Shown piece after piece: positions 1 through 9,144 of a DNA stretch of 61,329 nucleotides. This DNA comes from a virus. The notes under the pieces were generated by a model. That model saw only the letters and a program-made list of their open reading frames with translations. It made no database searches and was not told where the DNA came from. Location: the IMG/VR virus record IMGVR_UViG_3300029825_000423, positions 1-61,329 of that record. One strand, written 5' to 3'. How positions within the stretch are numbered: the first letter of the stretch is position 1; each line of letters opens with the position of its first letter. The translations under genes were made by a program, and so were the position numbers.

Positions 1-99
1 TCACAGTCAACGATTAATACGTTTTCATTGTGAGCGAGTAGAGCTCCGTAATAAATCGAATCGTTTTTGCCGCGACTAAATTTCGAGTGGTCCTTTCTG
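1..99. repeat. 99-bp terminal direct repeat (copy 1), identical to 61231..61329; overlap of a circular contig
   Basis: Every 10-mer block of bases 1-99 matches 61231-61329. A coding frame continues across the junction. Confidence 0.95.
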
Positions 100-281
100 T
101 ATGCCCTAACTCTGTAATCTTTTAGTTCTCGTACTCTTTCAATCGTTTTATCTGTGCTGCAGTCGTCAATTACAAGGATGTCGTTAATCCTGTCGTCCGA
201 TTTTAAAACTGATTCGACGCACCTTTTAACGTTCCTGCGTTCGTTGTATGTGCAGATTATTACGGAAACATCTTCTGTCAT
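1..281 (-). CDS. Family 2 glycosyltransferase, N-terminal part (gene wraps the circular junction; rest is 60561..61230)
   Basis: Minus-strand ATG at 281 follows GGGGGAGAAA. Translation is MTEDVSVIICTYNERRNVKRCVESVL..VIDDCSTD..NENVLIVDCD, a classic GT-A/GT2 N-terminus. The joined ORF is 951 nt and in frame. An in-frame alternative ATG lies at 428. Confidence 0.8.
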   Translation of the reverse strand, partial: MTEDVSVIICTYNERRNVKRCVESVLKSDDRINDILVIDDCSTDKTIERVRELKDYRVRAYRKDHSKFSRGKNDSIYYGALLAHNENVLIVDC

Positions 282-541
282 TTTCTCCCCCGTGACATCT
301 ACGAGTTTTTTAGATTTAAACCTTTCGACTACCAAAAGTTTTTTATGCGATGAAACGCATATACTATCATGGCGATAGATGAATTTGTCATCTGTGGGGA
401 GCTGTCTACACTTATTAACTGTTTTCATTGTTGCTCTCCACTTTCCCCCAAATAAAAACCTACACATTTACAATTTTTACAGAGCACATGCAAAACTATA
501 TATAACATGCATGCATAGTACATATTTGGAGGTGTGGCAGA

Positions 542-718
542 ATGGCACGCCCTAAAAAAAACATCCCAATGGATGACGTAAAAGGCTTAAAAACATTACT
601 GGACGAAGGCAAAACACAAAAAGAAATCGCAGACTATTACAACACAAACCAATCAACGATATGTAGAAAAATCAAGGAGATGGAACAAGATGGCAAAAAT
701 AATCGTAATGGAAAATGA
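542..718 (+). CDS. Small helix-turn-helix DNA-binding protein (58 aa)
   Basis: ATG at 542 follows GGAGGTG. Translation is MARPKKNIPMDDVKGLKTLLDEGKTQKEIADYYNTNQSTICRKIKEMEQDG, with a Hin/resolvase-type HTH pattern. It is below the ORF-track size cutoff. Confidence 0.55.
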   Translation: MARPKKNIPMDDVKGLKTLLDEGKTQKEIADYYNTNQSTICRKIKEMEQDGKNNRNGK

Positions 719-983
719 ATTCTCAGAAGCACAGACAGCAGCAACCGAAATATCTTCAAAATTTGGAATTTCATATGATAACGCAATTTGTTACCTTGTG
801 GTAAATGCATCATTCAGAACTGATGAAGAAACTGATACATTTGTATCATCTACAGAAAACAGAACGCTGTCAAGCGAAGAATATCTCAATGAATACCTGC
901 TGGCGTCGGGAGCAGAGGACATTTCATTCAATGAAACTTCTATACTCTCCCCAATCGCGGGGATTGAAGATCTTCTCTTCTAA
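690..983 (+). CDS. Hypothetical acidic protein
   Basis: 97-aa ORF followed by an oligo-T tract. The start (690 or 708) overlaps the end of the HTH gene. Confidence 0.4.
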   Translation: MAKIIVMENEFSEAQTAATEISSKFGISYDNAICYLVVNASFRTDEETDTFVSSTENRTLSSEEYLNEYLLASGAEDISFNETSILSPIAGIEDLLF

Positions 984-1124
984 GATCTCCCTTTTTTCAA
1001 CACTTTTTTTCCTCCATTTTTTCACCCGAATGTGCAAAAACCAACGGCTTTTTATACAACTTAACTGTTTTTAATTGTGCAGTGTTGTTTTTGGGAGTGA
1101 ACCCAATTTAGAACGTGCTAGCAC

Positions 1125-1745
1125 ATGGAAACAAACAACGATGCAAACGAAAAAACGGGACCCTATATTTTAGATCGGAGAATCGGTGAGAGCTTTTTTT
1201 TCAGAAATGTTCATCACCTGGAAACCGATTTGTATGGATTCACCATCTCGTACATTAAGGACGGAACTGCTTTAATGTCCGGAGATCTTGGGTGTTTGGT
1301 GTGGATTCGAAACCGCACAGTTGGGAAACCGGATTATGGATTTCCTGACCGTGACACCGACATTGATCTATTTGCGATGCGGTGCCGCATGGCGTCCGAG
1401 TTTCAGCAAATCGTTGAATGGACACCGTGCAGGGCCGTAACTGAAATAGATACGAGAATCCGACACACTGCGCATTTCAAGTATATTCCAGAACGCGTCT
1501 GGGTAACACTTGATGAGATCAAGCACATTGAACACAAAAACGAAGCAGGGAAACTCGGGATGTACGCGATATTGAACGAATATCTTGATGGGTATCCGTG
1601 GGAGAAACATAGTTTTGGAGATTGGTATACAGAAGACTTCGTACAGAAATTTGAGACACTGCAGAGCGTTTCTGACTTGGTAATTGACCAGGTCGAAGAT
1701 GATTTGAAACGTAGACGCAGTGGATTTAGTAGATTTTACAAGTGA
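1125..1745 (+). CDS. Hypothetical protein (206 aa)
   Basis: Long ORF with natural-looking composition. No recognisable motif. Confidence 0.6.
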   Translation: METNNDANEKTGPYILDRRIGESFFFRNVHHLETDLYGFTISYIKDGTALMSGDLGCLVWIRNRTVGKPDYGFPDRDTDIDLFAMRCRMASEFQQIVEWTPCRAVTEIDTRIRHTAHFKYIPERVWVTLDEIKHIEHKNEAGKLGMYAILNEYLDGYPWEKHSFGDWYTEDFVQKFETLQSVSDLVIDQVEDDLKRRRSGFSRFYK

Positions 1746-1860
1746 AAAATATTTTGTGCGGCAATTACAAAGCCACTTTTCTTTTTTGATTGAATAATCA
1801 TATAATACAGATTGGAAAGTTTTAAATTTGATGAGAACCAATATCTTATTGGTGATAATA

Positions 1861-2067
1861 ATGGGATCAACTAAGAACACATTAATGATACAAGCAAAGC
1901 CATATAAGGGCGGGTATAGATTGATAGCAACAAACGGTGATAAGCCGTCTGAAAATTATGTGTATTCAAGCCGCGCCGAAGCATATAAGGCGTGTGCTCA
2001 AATGTATCCGTCGAATAGTTCGTGGAGGGGCAAGAAGGTCACGGGTGGGTTCAGGATAAATCTTTAA
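1861..2067 (+). CDS. Small basic protein, member of the dispersed small-protein family
   Basis: ATG at 1861 follows GGTGATAATA. It contains VYSSRAEAYKACAQMYP, the [FY]-x-[ST]-x(2,3)-A-x(3)-A motif shared with 15571, 24076 and 31509. An oligo-T terminator follows. Confidence 0.5.
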   Translation: MGSTKNTLMIQAKPYKGGYRLIATNGDKPSENYVYSSRAEAYKACAQMYPSNSSWRGKKVTGGFRINL

Positions 2068-2090
2068 TATAGTGTACCATTTCAGTATTT

Positions 2091-2122
2091 GTTTTTTTAT
2101 TTTCTTTTTTATGTTTTTTTCT
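2091..2122 (+). terminator. Oligo-T terminator tract
   Basis: Sequence is gtttttttattttcttttttatgtttttttct, directly after the 2067 stop. Archaeal terminators are T-runs. Confidence 0.4.
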
Positions 2123-2182
2123 CCCCACTTTGCGAAATAATTAAATACAAAGAGTTTCATTTATTCAAGTGGGGGATTTTGA

Positions 2183-2476
2183 ATGGGTTTCATAAAGAAT
2201 GTTTTACCAGTGGTTGCTTTTTTCATAATCGGTGACGTTGCTACAACGCTGTACGCTCTGCAATTGCCAGGGTTATGTGAGACTAATCCGATGTTGCAGT
2301 TTCTTGTAAGTCAACCGATTATTTTCATATTGTCGAAGTGTACGGTGCTTGTTGTTTTGTATGCTCTGTACAAAGGAAGTACCGCAGGGTGGTTTAAGGT
2401 GTATGCCGGTATTCCTGCGGTAGCTGGGTTCTTGTTGTGCGTGAATAACGTTAACTGGATAATGAGCGTTATATGA
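2183..2476 (+). CDS. Integral membrane protein (3 TM; DUF5658-like pattern)
   Basis: Hydrophobic 97-aa ORF with GDVATT..(x)..CETNP, a pattern I recall from DUF5658 archaeal membrane proteins. No search was run. Confidence 0.6.
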   Translation: MGFIKNVLPVVAFFIIGDVATTLYALQLPGLCETNPMLQFLVSQPIIFILSKCTVLVVLYALYKGSTAGWFKVYAGIPAVAGFLLCVNNVNWIMSVI

Positions 2477-3309
2477 GGTGGGTAATGGTAAATAAAATAT
2501 TGTGTATGTTTGCAATGGCTTTGTTATTGTCACATCCGGCTTACGCGGTGAGTGACTGGAAACATGTTTCTGGAAACGTGAACATGAGGACGGGAAACGC
2601 GCTTTCATGCGGCGACTATACGATAAAACTTGTAGACTTTAGCACGACTGACAAAACCGCGCTATTTGAAATTGTATCGACTTCTGGAAAAAAAGAAATT
2701 GCGATTGTTGCTGCAGGAAATTCGTATCTGTTCGGGGACGGCAATTGCAAGATTACGTTCGTGAATTACAAAAACAAAAAAATAAATGTAGCTGTTTATA
2801 TGCGGTTGCGCCCAGTGTTCCGGACTGAAACCGAAACAAAGAAAAGCAATTCCGTTTCGTATACTCACATCACATCAGTTGTTTTCGAGTGCAAAGAGAA
2901 GACGGCAAGTGACGTTTCGATAAAACTTGAATGTGAAAACCTAACACTAAACGGGAAACTGAAGGGTATTAAAATCGGCACTTGCGCAGTTGGGGCAAAG
3001 TCAAAGGCAACGATAAAATATACTCCACTCGAAAACGCTTCGATTATTGCGAGAATTGAGTATAAGGACGCAACCGGTAAAAAATATGAACAGTGTATTG
3101 ACGTAATAAAAAACATACAAATTGTAGAAGAAAGTAAAGAAGTTGCGGCAACTGAAAGCATCGTTGTAAAGAAAACGACGAATGAGAACAACGCAAAGCG
3201 GGTATTTATATGTGCAATTGACGTGGCAATTACGAGGATAACGCTCACCGATGAGCAGAAAGCACAACTTTTGAATATAAGAAATTCGCTTGAAGACAGT
3301 TTAAATTAA
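2473..3309 (+). CDS. Secreted/envelope protein with signal peptide
   Basis: N-terminus is MVNKILCMFAMALLLSHPAYA. The more likely start is ATG 2485, after GAGGTGGGTA. ATG 2473 makes an ATGA overlap with the upstream stop. Confidence 0.7.
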   Translation: MRWVMVNKILCMFAMALLLSHPAYAVSDWKHVSGNVNMRTGNALSCGDYTIKLVDFSTTDKTALFEIVSTSGKKEIAIVAAGNSYLFGDGNCKITFVNYKNKKINVAVYMRLRPVFRTETETKKSNSVSYTHITSVVFECKEKTASDVSIKLECENLTLNGKLKGIKIGTCAVGAKSKATIKYTPLENASIIARIEYKDATGKKYEQCIDVIKNIQIVEESKEVAATESIVVKKTTNENNAKRVFICAIDVAITRITLTDEQKAQLLNIRNSLEDSLN

Positions 3310-3347
3310 ATACTTTAAGAACGTATATAATATCAGGTGATAATGAA

Positions 3348-3698
3348 ATGTTGACAACTGAAATATGGCTGCTATACGCGATGATAGCACTTATGGCGTT
3401 GTTTTTCGTCGTGTCTACGGCGATGACGTACATAGGGCCGGTAAACGCTTGCTCTGTGGTAAGCATGGCAATTTCGAGTTTGTTATCGTTCAAAATTTCG
3501 AATGTCTTCGTTGACGGAACGCTGACAAAAACTGAAAATCTGGTGGTGGGATCTGAAATTGTCACACACACGGAAACGATACGGAACAGTGCCGCGAGTG
3601 GAGTGTTCGAATTGCTTGCAATAGTTTTTGTGGTATTGACATTACTGCAGGTGTATCAGTTCATTAAAGAGACTAGAGTCGAGGAGGTGTTAGATTGA
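3348..3698 (+). CDS. Membrane protein (3-4 TM)
   Basis: Hydrophobic 116-aa ORF in a co-directional, tightly packed operon. Confidence 0.6.
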   Translation: MLTTEIWLLYAMIALMALFFVVSTAMTYIGPVNACSVVSMAISSLLSFKISNVFVDGTLTKTENLVVGSEIVTHTETIRNSAASGVFELLAIVFVVLTLLQVYQFIKETRVEEVLD

Positions 3699-3946
3699 TT
3701 GCTTTGAATTGGAAGTCTTGGACGTTTTTGCTATGTGTATTCTCTGTAATTGTAGCAAAAATGTCAGACATTGATCCGCTATTACAGTTCGCGTGCGTCC
3801 TTGTCGCGGCACTTTACATAGGTTGGTACTGCTACGACAGCTACAATGTATATAAAATGGAATGCCCAGGTGAACTTGAGGAAAATTTTGGTCTGCTTTG
3901 GAATGATCGAATGAAGAAGAAAATTGAAAAGGAGAACCTAAAATGA
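3695..3946 (+). CDS. Membrane protein (2 TM)
   Basis: 4-nt overlaps with both neighbours. Hydrophobic N-terminal half. Confidence 0.55.
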   Translation: MIALNWKSWTFLLCVFSVIVAKMSDIDPLLQFACVLVAALYIGWYCYDSYNVYKMECPGELEENFGLLWNDRMKKKIEKENLK

Positions 3947-4206
3947 GCACGAAACAGATAATTCCTATAATTGCGCTGATCGCCGTCCTCTCGATATTCG
4001 TGGGTTACACGACGTCGATTCTGGCCGAGAACGACGACCAGATAAACGTAACCGGCACTGGATATGAGGACTCGCATGCTTCTAATGTTCGTGTCCAGAA
4101 CGCCACGCTTGGTCTAATGAGTCCAGTTGCAATGATTCTCGGGGTCGTCGCGTTGGTTTTTGCATTAATGTTTTTGAGGCAGCGTGGCGGACGCAGACGT
4201 TATTAA
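3943..4206 (+). CDS. TM-loop-TM small protein (87 aa), possible minor capsid/envelope protein
   Basis: Architecture is MSTKQIIPIIALIAVLSIFVGY (TM), a polar loop, then SPVAMILGVVALVFALMFL (TM) and RQRGGRRRY. This is the same architecture as the 4437 gene. ATGA overlap with the upstream gene. Confidence 0.6.
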   Translation: MSTKQIIPIIALIAVLSIFVGYTTSILAENDDQINVTGTGYEDSHASNVRVQNATLGLMSPVAMILGVVALVFALMFLRQRGGRRRY

Positions 4207-4227
4207 AAAATGGAAGAGAAAAAAATA

Positions 4228-4246
4228 GGGGTACGCTGTGTACCCC
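4228..4246 (+). terminator. GC-rich hairpin plus T-run
   Basis: GGGGTAC-gctgt-GTACCCC, followed by aaacgcttttt, lies 22 nt after the 4206 stop. Confidence 0.5.
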
Positions 4247-4436
4247 AAACGCTTTTTAGAGCAAGTAAGGGCTAATCCCCGTCACTTCAGTGATGGGAGT
4301 AGTCACTGAGTGCAAAGTTATAAATACTAAGAAAACCAATATAGTATTAGGAATACATCCCAGTTAGCTATGGCTCTAAACTAAACAAAACGATTAGCTA
4401 ACGTGTAAACAAAATGATAAAAGGAGTAGTGGTTTT

Positions 4437-4700
4437 ATGGCAGATGATATGCAGAGAGTAATTGGACTCGCCGTTGGGCTCCTCATCGTCGTCGTGATTT
4501 TCTATCTCGCGCCCGGTATGGGTCAGGAAGTTTCGACTGCTTTACCGATCAACCAGACCGGCGACTTCGCGAATGCACCAACCGGTGCAGATGTGTGGAC
4601 AAGTGGGGCCACTCTGATGAAAGTTGTCATCATAGTGGTGTTTATCGGTGTTGCAATCGGTGCGCTGTTCAAACTCAAGAGGCAGGGCGGAAGCGAATAA
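4437..4700 (+). CDS. Candidate major capsid protein of spindle/pleomorphic-virus type (87 aa, two TM helices)
   Basis: Monocistronic unit with a 230-bp upstream region, RBS AAAGGAG, and its own T-run plus hairpin terminator. The protein is TM (VIGLAVGLLIVVVIFYLAPG), a polar loop, then TM (VVIIVVFIGVAIGALF). This is the architecture of SSV1 VP1-like capsid proteins. The function is an inference. Confidence 0.55.
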   Translation: MADDMQRVIGLAVGLLIVVVIFYLAPGMGQEVSTALPINQTGDFANAPTGADVWTSGATLMKVVIIVVFIGVAIGALFKLKRQGGSE

Positions 4701-4730
4701 TCTTTTTTGAACTCGGGGGCGAGTTCCCCC
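4701..4730 (+). terminator. T-run plus hairpin terminator
   Basis: tctttttt followed by GGGGG-cgagtt-CCCCC, directly after the 4700 stop. Confidence 0.5.
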
Positions 4731-4827
4731 AAACCTCTGTTTTTCTCTCCTTTTTTTAAAATATTTTCTTGGAGCGAACTGACATACGCAAAGAAATATA
4801 CGATAACATACTATTAAATACGAGGGA

Positions 4828-4971
4828 GTGCGCGTGCATGTACACGAAAATAAAACAGGAAGTCGGACCGTGACAATTCCAAAGGATCTTGCGGATAAGC
4901 ATGGATATTACCAAGATACCAAAGTTGTCTGGGAAGAGTCGCCACACGGCTTGTTATTGCGGAGGTTGTGA
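4828..4971 (+). CDS. AbrB/SpoVT-like small DNA-binding protein (47 aa, GTG start)
   Basis: Translation is VRVHVHENKTGSRTVTIPKDLADKHGYYQDTKVVWEESPHGLLLRRL. VTIPK is the looped-hinge-helix hallmark. GTGA overlap with the next gene. Paralogue at 10035. Confidence 0.6.
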   Translation: MRVHVHENKTGSRTVTIPKDLADKHGYYQDTKVVWEESPHGLLLRRL

Positions 4972-5558
4972 CCGTGGATGACAATTACGAAGAAGACGAA
5001 AACCAATACGAATACGACGACGATGTGGACTTTGCTGGACTCGGTGCGTCAAACCTTGAAAGACCGTCTTTCTCGGACGAAAGTTTAAAGTATGCGAATA
5101 CATTGAAACGGAGCCCGTACCGGGAAGATGTCATAAACTATGTCAAGGCGTTGCCGTTAACTGCTCGGTACAAAAGTGCGTTGTATCATTGCATTTATGC
5201 TTTGTTCACAGAGGAACAGGTGCTCGCCAATAATAACCCGAGGGTGATGGGGCGGTTCTCAAAGGAAGACAGACTTTCAAAAAGAGAAATATTCGCACAG
5301 AGGAACATAGAGCTCGCGCGGTGCTGTAATGCGTCTAAGAGCGATTTGCTTGTGTGTGATATCGCAGGGATGGAGAAATATATTCTTGATGTTTACACTG
5401 CTTTTATCTCAAGAACTTACGGCGATAAAAGAGAAAGATTGATTAACAATGAAATTGGCACTCGAAGCGTGACGCAACAGGAGATATTAAGACCGTCGCA
5501 GCAGAGCGTTAGAGAACAAAGATCGAGGTGGGGATTCTTAAAGTTTGGAGGGAAATAA
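4968..5558 (+). CDS. Hypothetical protein with acidic N-terminus
   Basis: 196-aa ORF with a GTG start overlapping the AbrB-like stop. Confidence 0.65.
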   Translation: MTVDDNYEEDENQYEYDDDVDFAGLGASNLERPSFSDESLKYANTLKRSPYREDVINYVKALPLTARYKSALYHCIYALFTEEQVLANNNPRVMGRFSKEDRLSKREIFAQRNIELARCCNASKSDLLVCDIAGMEKYILDVYTAFISRTYGDKRERLINNEIGTRSVTQQEILRPSQQSVREQRSRWGFLKFGGK

Positions 5559-5559
5559 A

Positions 5560-6216
5560 ATGTCTGTAGTTCCAGCAAGTTCCGCGTTTTCGTGGATTGA
5601 TATGATATTGTTCGGGGTGACTGTCATAAGTTCCGCAGTCGCCGCGTGGCTATACATGAAACTTGATCGATTAAAAAAATATTCAAGGTTGTCAGTGATT
5701 CTCGAAGAAGCGGGCAACCGTCCAATTGGTGTAGTAGTGGATAGAGCAGGGAAACAAACACCTTTCATATGTGAGCAGAATGTAAAAAACAAGGGGCTGT
5801 TGAACCACAACAATTACACGCTGGTAAATCCTGATCTCGCGAAACCATCTGCCAGGTCAAAATTGTTTGGATCTGAGATGTTGTATTATCCATTGCCTCA
5901 CTTCTTCCCGTTTGGATTCACCGAAAGTGCGGCAATTGTCCAGACGGCAAAGAAAATAAGGGAGAATGAAAAGTTAAATTGGATACCGAACGAAATCACG
6001 GTGCTTGCCCTTCTGTTCAATGGAACAGAAACGTTATACGAAGATTGTAAAACTGTAATTGAAAGCAATCTCAAATTCGGGGATGAAATACCTGAAATTC
6101 TTCTGACAGAACCAGAGGAAGAATATGAAGAAGATGAATTTTCAGAGGACGAACCCGAAGAGGAGCTTGAGGAAGAAGAGGAGGGAGAAGAGGATGAGGA
6201 CGAACTGGAAGGGTAA
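5560..6216 (+). CDS. Membrane-anchored protein with poly-acidic C-terminus
   Basis: ATG 5560 follows GGAGGGAAATAAA. One N-terminal TM helix and a C-terminal EEEYEEDEFSEDEPEEELEEEEEGEEDEDE tail. Confidence 0.65.
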   Translation: MSVVPASSAFSWIDMILFGVTVISSAVAAWLYMKLDRLKKYSRLSVILEEAGNRPIGVVVDRAGKQTPFICEQNVKNKGLLNHNNYTLVNPDLAKPSARSKLFGSEMLYYPLPHFFPFGFTESAAIVQTAKKIRENEKLNWIPNEITVLALLFNGTETLYEDCKTVIESNLKFGDEIPEILLTEPEEEYEEDEFSEDEPEEELEEEEEGEEDEDELEG

Positions 6217-6526
6217 GGCAGTGGAAGTAGGTGACGATGAAATTGAATTTGCTGCGAAACGGTTAATGGAAGAAATCATTTCATTCAGGAAAGAAATCGA
6301 ATGTGTCCCGATTAAGTGTGAACCTCTTTATCTCACCGAAGCGGCTGAGCTCTGTACAGTCGGGGCAACTGGCAACATGGTTCAGAACGTTCTTACGTTG
6401 CAGGAGCTCGGAGACAGAAAGGAGCAGGTAGACTGGATGGACAAGCATTGGATGAAGGTCGTTGTCGGGCTTATCATCTTAATGGTTCCATTGGTCTACT
6501 ACATGGTAATGAATAAAGGCGCATGA
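6194..6526 (+). CDS. Hypothetical protein with C-terminal TM helix
   Basis: ATG 6194 follows GAGGGAGAAGAGG. It overlaps the end of the upstream gene. C-terminal VVVGLIILMVPLVYYMV. Confidence 0.55.
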   Translation: MRTNWKGKAVEVGDDEIEFAAKRLMEEIISFRKEIECVPIKCEPLYLTEAAELCTVGATGNMVQNVLTLQELGDRKEQVDWMDKHWMKVVVGLIILMVPLVYYMVMNKGA

Positions 6527-6535
6527 GGTGGTTAA

Positions 6536-6874
6536 GTGGGTGATACAATCGCAACGGCCAACACCCCACAAATTTTAAGGGCAACTGAGCTAAACTTGTG
6601 CCTATGCCAGCTATGCACGGAGATGATGACAGAAATAAACTATAAGCAGTTGGCGGATTTGCGAGAATCATACAAGGAATTCAGAATGTGTATGATGGAG
6701 CTCTATTATCTTGTGAGACTGAATAAAGAAATTAAAAATCATGTTGTAATTAAGAAAATTGGGGGTTGGAAGAAGAAAAGCTGCACGAATAAAAAAATAG
6801 TTTCGGATAGTGTCGAGGCATTAAAATTATATGATGAGTTTTCTGAGGTACTTGCAAACGCAAAAATACTGTGA
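6536..6874 (+). CDS. Hypothetical protein
   Basis: 112-aa ORF in an operon. GTG start preceded by GAGGTGG. Confidence 0.55.
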   Translation: MGDTIATANTPQILRATELNLCLCQLCTEMMTEINYKQLADLRESYKEFRMCMMELYYLVRLNKEIKNHVVIKKIGGWKKKSCTNKKIVSDSVEALKLYDEFSEVLANAKIL

Positions 6875-6883
6875 GGTGACGAA

Positions 6884-7390
6884 TTGAGCGAAGGCGATTC
6901 GACGTTTAACCTTCAAACTCCTGCGGCAAAAGTCGCGCCAAAGATCCAATATACAAATTTACTATTTCAATCTTTTTACAAATGTGCCGATGTGTGCGGG
7001 AGTGCAGAAATTGCACCGGAGTCGATACAAAAGAAAGTTGAGTTTCTTACTAAGCTTATTATAAATTTTATCCCGAATCCAGACGAGAGGGTACGGCTTA
7101 AAGAAATGCGTAAAGACGCAATTACAGAGCTTAAGAGACAGAAGAACAAAGGGCAGATAGACGTAGACGAATACAACGACGCGGTGTTAGACGTTAATAC
7201 TGACATGATAGGAGAAGTTATGTCGCTTTGTGACGACTTCCTTGCAATTGTAGAACGACAGTATGTAATGCCGATGTTACCGCCTGATAAAAAGAAAGAA
7301 CTCGAAGAGAAGTTCTATGGAAAAGACGGGAAACCAAAAAAGAAAGAAAATGTGTCGGAGGAAATAGAGAATGAGTTCTCTGAAATCTGA
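6884..7390 (+). CDS. Hypothetical protein
   Basis: 168-aa ORF preceded by GAGGTGA. Confidence 0.65.
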   Translation: MSEGDSTFNLQTPAAKVAPKIQYTNLLFQSFYKCADVCGSAEIAPESIQKKVEFLTKLIINFIPNPDERVRLKEMRKDAITELKRQKNKGQIDVDEYNDAVLDVNTDMIGEVMSLCDDFLAIVERQYVMPMLPPDKKKELEEKFYGKDGKPKKKENVSEEIENEFSEI

Positions 7391-8297
7391 TAAAGACAAC
7401 AAGATACTGTCATTCGCTGAAATTGTCTGTGATAAAATCTGTTCAGGGCATAACCAACACGTTATGTTATTAATCGAGGGGAAAACCGGGGATGGCAAGA
7501 GCAATGCCGCTCTGGAATTGTCCTACAACGTTTCGTTGCTCATGGCCGAACGACTCGGTGGCAATCCAGAAGATTACTTTACCATCGATAACATAGCCAT
7601 TCTTACCGGAGAAGAGGTAATCAGGATAGCGAAGGGCATAAAACAGCACGGGATATACATTTTGGACGACGTTGGTGCTGAGGGTTTGAGTGCAAGGAAC
7701 TGGCAGAGTGACATTAACGAAGTAATGACAAAGATCCTGCAGACATTCCGAACAAAAGAAAATTTATTAATTATGACTGTTCCGGATCGCGGCTTCGTTG
7801 ACAAAATTGCCAGGAACTTGCTTCATTATAAGATCGTCATGGCTCAGAAATGGTTTTCGAGGGGAATAACGCTTGGTAGATTATCCACTGTAAGAAAAAT
7901 GTATAACAAGGACGATGGAAAAAATATATTTCCTTATGTCAGACACAAAGGCGTTGTTTACAATTATGCTTATTTCGGGTTAGCTCCGAAGTGGTTAAGG
8001 GACGAATACGAGGATAAGCGGCACAGTATAGAAGAGGAAATGAGAACAAATTCTATAGACGAATTCATTGAGAACATTGAGCAAAAGAACGCTAAGAAAA
8101 ATCAGACAGACAAAGACAAAAACCAGACACCTTTAGAACAAATGGTTTGTATGATGAAAATGAATAATCCTGATATGTCAATAAGGGATATATCAAAGGA
8201 ACTGAGTACGAAATGTGGTCAAAAATGTGGAAAGGATAAAGTGAATAGTATATTGCATAAATTCAATTTGACTAATGAATTCTTGTCTGTCGGGTGA
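7371..8297 (+). CDS. P-loop NTPase (possible morphogenesis/packaging ATPase) with C-terminal HTH-like tail
   Basis: Walker A is LIEGKTGDGKS and Walker B is IYILDDVG. It is the last gene of the 4.8-8.3 kb operon. Confidence 0.75.
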   Translation: MSSLKSDKDNKILSFAEIVCDKICSGHNQHVMLLIEGKTGDGKSNAALELSYNVSLLMAERLGGNPEDYFTIDNIAILTGEEVIRIAKGIKQHGIYILDDVGAEGLSARNWQSDINEVMTKILQTFRTKENLLIMTVPDRGFVDKIARNLLHYKIVMAQKWFSRGITLGRLSTVRKMYNKDDGKNIFPYVRHKGVVYNYAYFGLAPKWLRDEYEDKRHSIEEEMRTNSIDEFIENIEQKNAKKNQTDKDKNQTPLEQMVCMMKMNNPDMSIRDISKELSTKCGQKCGKDKVNSILHKFNLTNEFLSVG

Positions 8298-8499
8298 CAC
8301 GTGAGTTATTGAATATTTAGCATAAATGCGGTTTGGGAAATTTTGGAAGTTAACAGCGTGAACAGATTTTTAACGTTAATTTCTTGATTAAACCTTTTTT
8401 ATTCTGTTTTTTGGAAATGTTTAAATAATATAGATACGTTCTGTAAAGTAGGGATTAACTGTTTACAGAAATAAAATTTCGAAGGTCTAGGGGAAATAT

Positions 8500-9036
8500 A
8501 TGGGGAATGGTCAAATTGTTTTAACTGGCATTTTCATAATGTGTTTTATGGCTTATGGATACGCCGAAGAAAATTTCATGCTCGGAGATGAATATGAGAA
8601 AGGAATAACAACGTATGGGGCAACTCTCGTTGGAGCAGATGGACACGAAATTAAACTACTCGAGTGCAAGAACGCCACCGACGTTTCATATGACGAAGTT
8701 ATTGCTTTCATAAAAATGGACAAGACAGATAAGAACGCTTATTCATCGAACTACCAATGCGGTGACTTTGCGGAAACAGTTCAACATAATGCGGAAGTTC
8801 ACGGAATAAATTGTGGAATAGTTATAATCGAGGGAATAAATCATGCATGCAATGTATTCAATACAACTGACAGAGGATTGTTATTCGTTGACTGTACAAA
8901 CGGTAATGGCGGTGGGTCATGTGACACCACGGTAAACATCAAAGAAGGAAAACAATACATACCAAAACCTATTAAATCGAGTGGGTACACATACGAACCA
9001 ATGGGAATTGTAACGAGTTATGAAATATATTGGTGA
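8500..9036 (+). CDS. Secreted transglutaminase-like cysteine protease-fold protein
   Basis: N-terminal hydrophobic signal/anchor. The Cys-His-Asp spacing (YQCGDFAE .. GINHACNVF .. LFVDCT) matches the transglutaminase-like core. Pattern recall only. Confidence 0.55.
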   Translation: MGNGQIVLTGIFIMCFMAYGYAEENFMLGDEYEKGITTYGATLVGADGHEIKLLECKNATDVSYDEVIAFIKMDKTDKNAYSSNYQCGDFAETVQHNAEVHGINCGIVIIEGINHACNVFNTTDRGLLFVDCTNGNGGGSCDTTVNIKEGKQYIPKPIKSSGYTYEPMGIVTSYEIYW

Positions 9037-9144
9037 TGATATATAACATAGCTCGTTATCTTCTTTTTTTATTCTCCTTTTCTGACTGTATACAGTAAAT
9101 TATTTCTATCTGTAGCACCTAATATAGTATTAGGAGGTTTTACA

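Noticed and set aside
1-99. Biological direct terminal repeat of a linear genome
   Set aside because: An ORF continues in frame through the junction, and the repeat length (99) is a typical assembler k-mer. A circular closure artefact is more parsimonious.
154-378. 74-aa plus-strand ORF at the window start
   Set aside because: It is antisense to the clearly recognisable GT2 N-terminus.
4247-4436. Possible small RNA or tRNA fragment in the long leader upstream of the capsid-candidate gene
   Set aside because: It has only short imperfect hairpins (for example TCACT-tc-AGTGA) and no tRNA-like T-arm or anticodon structure. The support is insufficient to call an RNA gene.
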